The notes under the pieces are model-generated. The model did not search any database and was not told the origin of the DNA. It worked only from the letters and a program-made list of their open reading frames with translations. A stretch of DNA of 63,761 nucleotides, filler included, from Licmophora abbreviata (lineage: Eukaryota), in the NCBI GenBank assembly GCA_900291995.1. It is 10 parts of 10 records of this genome, joined end to end, with 100 filler letters (N's around TTAATTAATTAA, not from the genome) between each part and the next. Parts side by side here need not be neighbours in the genome. Positions count along the whole stretch, not along the records: positions 61,333 to 62,467 come from OLMU01003248.1; positions 62,568 to 63,761 come from OLMU01003278.1; 8 more parts are not named here. One strand, written 5' to 3'. The translations under genes were made by a program, and so were the position numbers. Below are positions 61,333 to 63,761 of the stretch, piece by piece (the first letter of the stretch is position 1; every line of letters begins with the position of its first letter).

Positions 61333-61493
61333 GGATAAGGATGCATATTATCGGGCATAACCCATGTAACTGTCTCACTTTTAGGCTCGTAAAAGTACTC
61401 GCGCTGGTGCTTCTCACTGAAAAAGACAAACCACTGCACAGGGGCAACTTCCCCGTGCGACGACCACGAGACCTGCTCATCCGGCGTGACCAT
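61333..61493 (-). CDS. WW-domain protein, 5' fragment (truncated by gap)
   Basis: WFVFFSEKHQREYFYEPKSETVTWVMP fits the WW consensus. Confidence 0.65.
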
Positions 61494-61805
61494 ACTACTT
61501 CTGTGGATCGCTGTGTTCCTGATTTATGTAAAAAGGAATCCAGTTTACTCGGCAAGATCAACAAAACTACCCTCGCGTGACGCCGCTGTGAAGGGCAAAC
61601 AAGTGGAAGTGGCACTTGTGACGAGACACAGCGGCCGCAGCATCATCATTGTACAGCCGACACTTTTAACACATCGGAGCGGCGTTGAGTAGACGCGCCA
61701 TTTTTTCTGCACGCCTTGCGCGCACTCCGCAGTGAAGCGGACTGTATCTATCTAGCCTAGTTTCCTGAAACAAAGATCGAATATGATATTACACCCTACG
61801 TTTAT

Positions 61806-62467
61806 TCATACACCCCTTCGCATACCTGGAACATCGCAGTCGATGAGCTGAACTACCTCCCATCTCCGCATTTGACCATCAGGAACAAGCAGTTGCTCGA
61901 GAGTGCCAGCGCCACCATTGGCGACAGGTGTCAGAAGACTGCACGCCATAGGATCATTCTTATCGCCAAAGAGAGAGCAGCCGACAAGTTCAGGATGAAG
62001 ACTAGCTGTGATCTTCCATGATCCGGCGCGGACCTTGCCAACGACACACACATAATTCCAAGCAATGTCCAGCCTATCGGCAGCTCCATCGCCTGCTAAC
62101 CTCTTTGTAGCCTGCTCCAGAGATTGTTTCTTGCAGTCCTTGACCTTCACGCTCTTCTTATGGCATCCCATTTCCTTTGAGACTCTTGCGTCAGTAGGAC
62201 GGCCAACTGCATACGCGAACTGATTGCCAGCTCGGACCCAATATCCAGTGCGCCCTCCGTCAATACCGTTCTCCGATAACAAGCGAAGGGCCATAAACGG
62301 ACCGCGGGCTGTGGTCGTGGAGCGACACCATCCTTCTGCATAGCTTGCATCGTCCCCAGTCTCACGAAGATCCACGGTCCCTCCGGGGCTTGGTGCACCC
62401 GATGCACAGACGCCAATGTCGAGTCCTTCTGACGGAGGATGGTAGTCAATGTCTCGCCGCCAGAAGC
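61806..62467 (-). CDS. HRI1-like beta-barrel protein, 3' part (5' end in gap)
   Basis: Frame open to the gap: WRRDIDYHPP..DIG...LRETG...YAEGW...GYWVRAGNQFAYAVGRP. Confidence 0.55.
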
Positions 62468-62567
62468 NNNNNNNNNNNNNNNNNNNNNNNNNNNNNNNNN
62501 NNNNNNNNNNNTTAATTAATTAANNNNNNNNNNNNNNNNNNNNNNNNNNNNNNNNNNNNNNNNNNNN

Positions 62568-63524
62568 AATCTCTGATCGGTGCTTGAGTCCTTGCACATA
62601 GGCCAGAACCAAACTGAAGAACGCCAATTGAATGTTGCGCATCCACACGGACACGGGAGGTGCGTTGGATGTACTATCCTTCTTCTTAATCACTTTTTCG
62701 AAGTAGACGCCGGCGAGTGCGGAACTCATACAGTGGACCGTCACGGCCACCAATCCAAGAGCGAGTGACTGGGCCGCGGGTTTTTCGATTTCTGACAAGT
62801 ATTTTTCGGAACTGTCCGAGTGATCGTCCGAGACGACAACAGCCACACCGACACTCAAGACAATTAGACACGCCCATTGCTTGGCACTGTACTTGCGATT
62901 CAGCATGAGCACACTGACAAGGGCCGTCGTGACGAGTTTTCCTTGGTGTGTGACATGAAAGACGGGAGCAGATAGATTGCTCAAGGCTGTAAACAAGACG
63001 GAATTCTGGACCAAGTACAAGAGAGCTGGCACCATCATTTTCAACGCGTCCCGTGGATTTTTCATCACGTTGTCTTGGAAGGACTGCAGGAGTTGTCCTT
63101 TCGTCACGATGGTTTCCAATATGCAAGCGAGGATAAACTAGGACACGCAAAGGCGAGAAAGCGTGAGAGACGAACCATCAGTTGACGGGAGTCGTCATGC
63201 CAAAGATACTAGCTCTACCAGTTCAGAACGTACCTTCCCGCATTCGCACACAAAAATCAAGTGATTCACATCGTACAGGTCGTCACTGGAGACACTGGTG
63301 CGCGTGTAACGTCCCACGAGAAGTGCTGCGGAGTGTGCAAACACCAAGGCAATCAACAGGAACAATCTGAAGCTCGTACTGACAGACTCCTTGTTGTCAC
63401 CGGTGTTAGGGGACACGGCCAATTTAGAACTTCGTTCCGTACCCGTAAAAGAGACGCGTTCCCTTCTGCTCATGGAACTTTCCGCGTCGGAATTACTCGT
63501 GCTGGTGCGCTCCGAAACCCCCAT
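62568..63524 (-). CDS. Nucleotide-sugar transporter (SLC35A, UDP-Gal/CMP-Sia type), 3' end in gap
   Basis: VCECGK| intron about 63139-63234, MVPALLYLVQN, QGKLVTTAL, LAGVYFEKVIK, SVWMRNIQL. Confidence 0.9.
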
Positions 63525-63761
63525 TGTGTCCTCGGCCAGCAGCCCAGTCGTTCGATCAGAGTTCACGGAGGGAGGAAAATGCGACGGCCGCGATACCCAG
63601 TTCACCTGGTAGAGCGGTACGTACAAACCACGCTCCGAAACCGCTTGGGAGGCACAGCACGGGCAAAGAAGCTTTTGCCGCGCGATGTCGAAAATTTCAT
63701 CATCATCACCTTCGCGAAACCACGAGACCACGCAATTTGGCGAAGCATGTATAGAATGTTA

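Overview
Gene-dense eukaryotic nuclear DNA, most likely a diatom or related stramenopile alga. This rests on short (~80-230 nt) GT-AG introns, signal-peptide + aromatic-residue (ASAFAP-like) plastid presequences, and diatom-type hypothetical families. It is a draft scaffold with nine artificial 100-bp gap spacers (N44-TTAATTAATTAA-N44). I can support about 37 protein genes or gene fragments and one elongator tRNA-Met. Housekeeping genes include ISWI, ABHD17-like, TAF13-like, BET1, AK3, ClpS, ABC1K9, GNL3/Nug1, ZNHIT2-like, ARC5/DRP5B, BUB3, SAC3/GANP, VTE1, TM9SF1, NOSIP, cactin, CMC4, COG3 and an SLC35A transporter. No transposon or CRISPR was recognised. The most notable region is 46.5-54.0 kb: an array of three intron-containing zeta-toxin-like P-loop kinase domains (a two-domain gene whose first domain looks catalytically altered, plus a membrane-anchored paralog), head-to-head with an MTH1-type Nudix/SAM-methyltransferase fusion. 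Other leads are a spliced candidate GON7 (KEOPS) missed by the ORF track, an HMG-box-ISWI fusion, an SMN-like mini-protein, a C5-methyltransferase motif-I remnant and an unusual GT-A-like enzyme. All family calls are motif recognition from memory; no searches were run.
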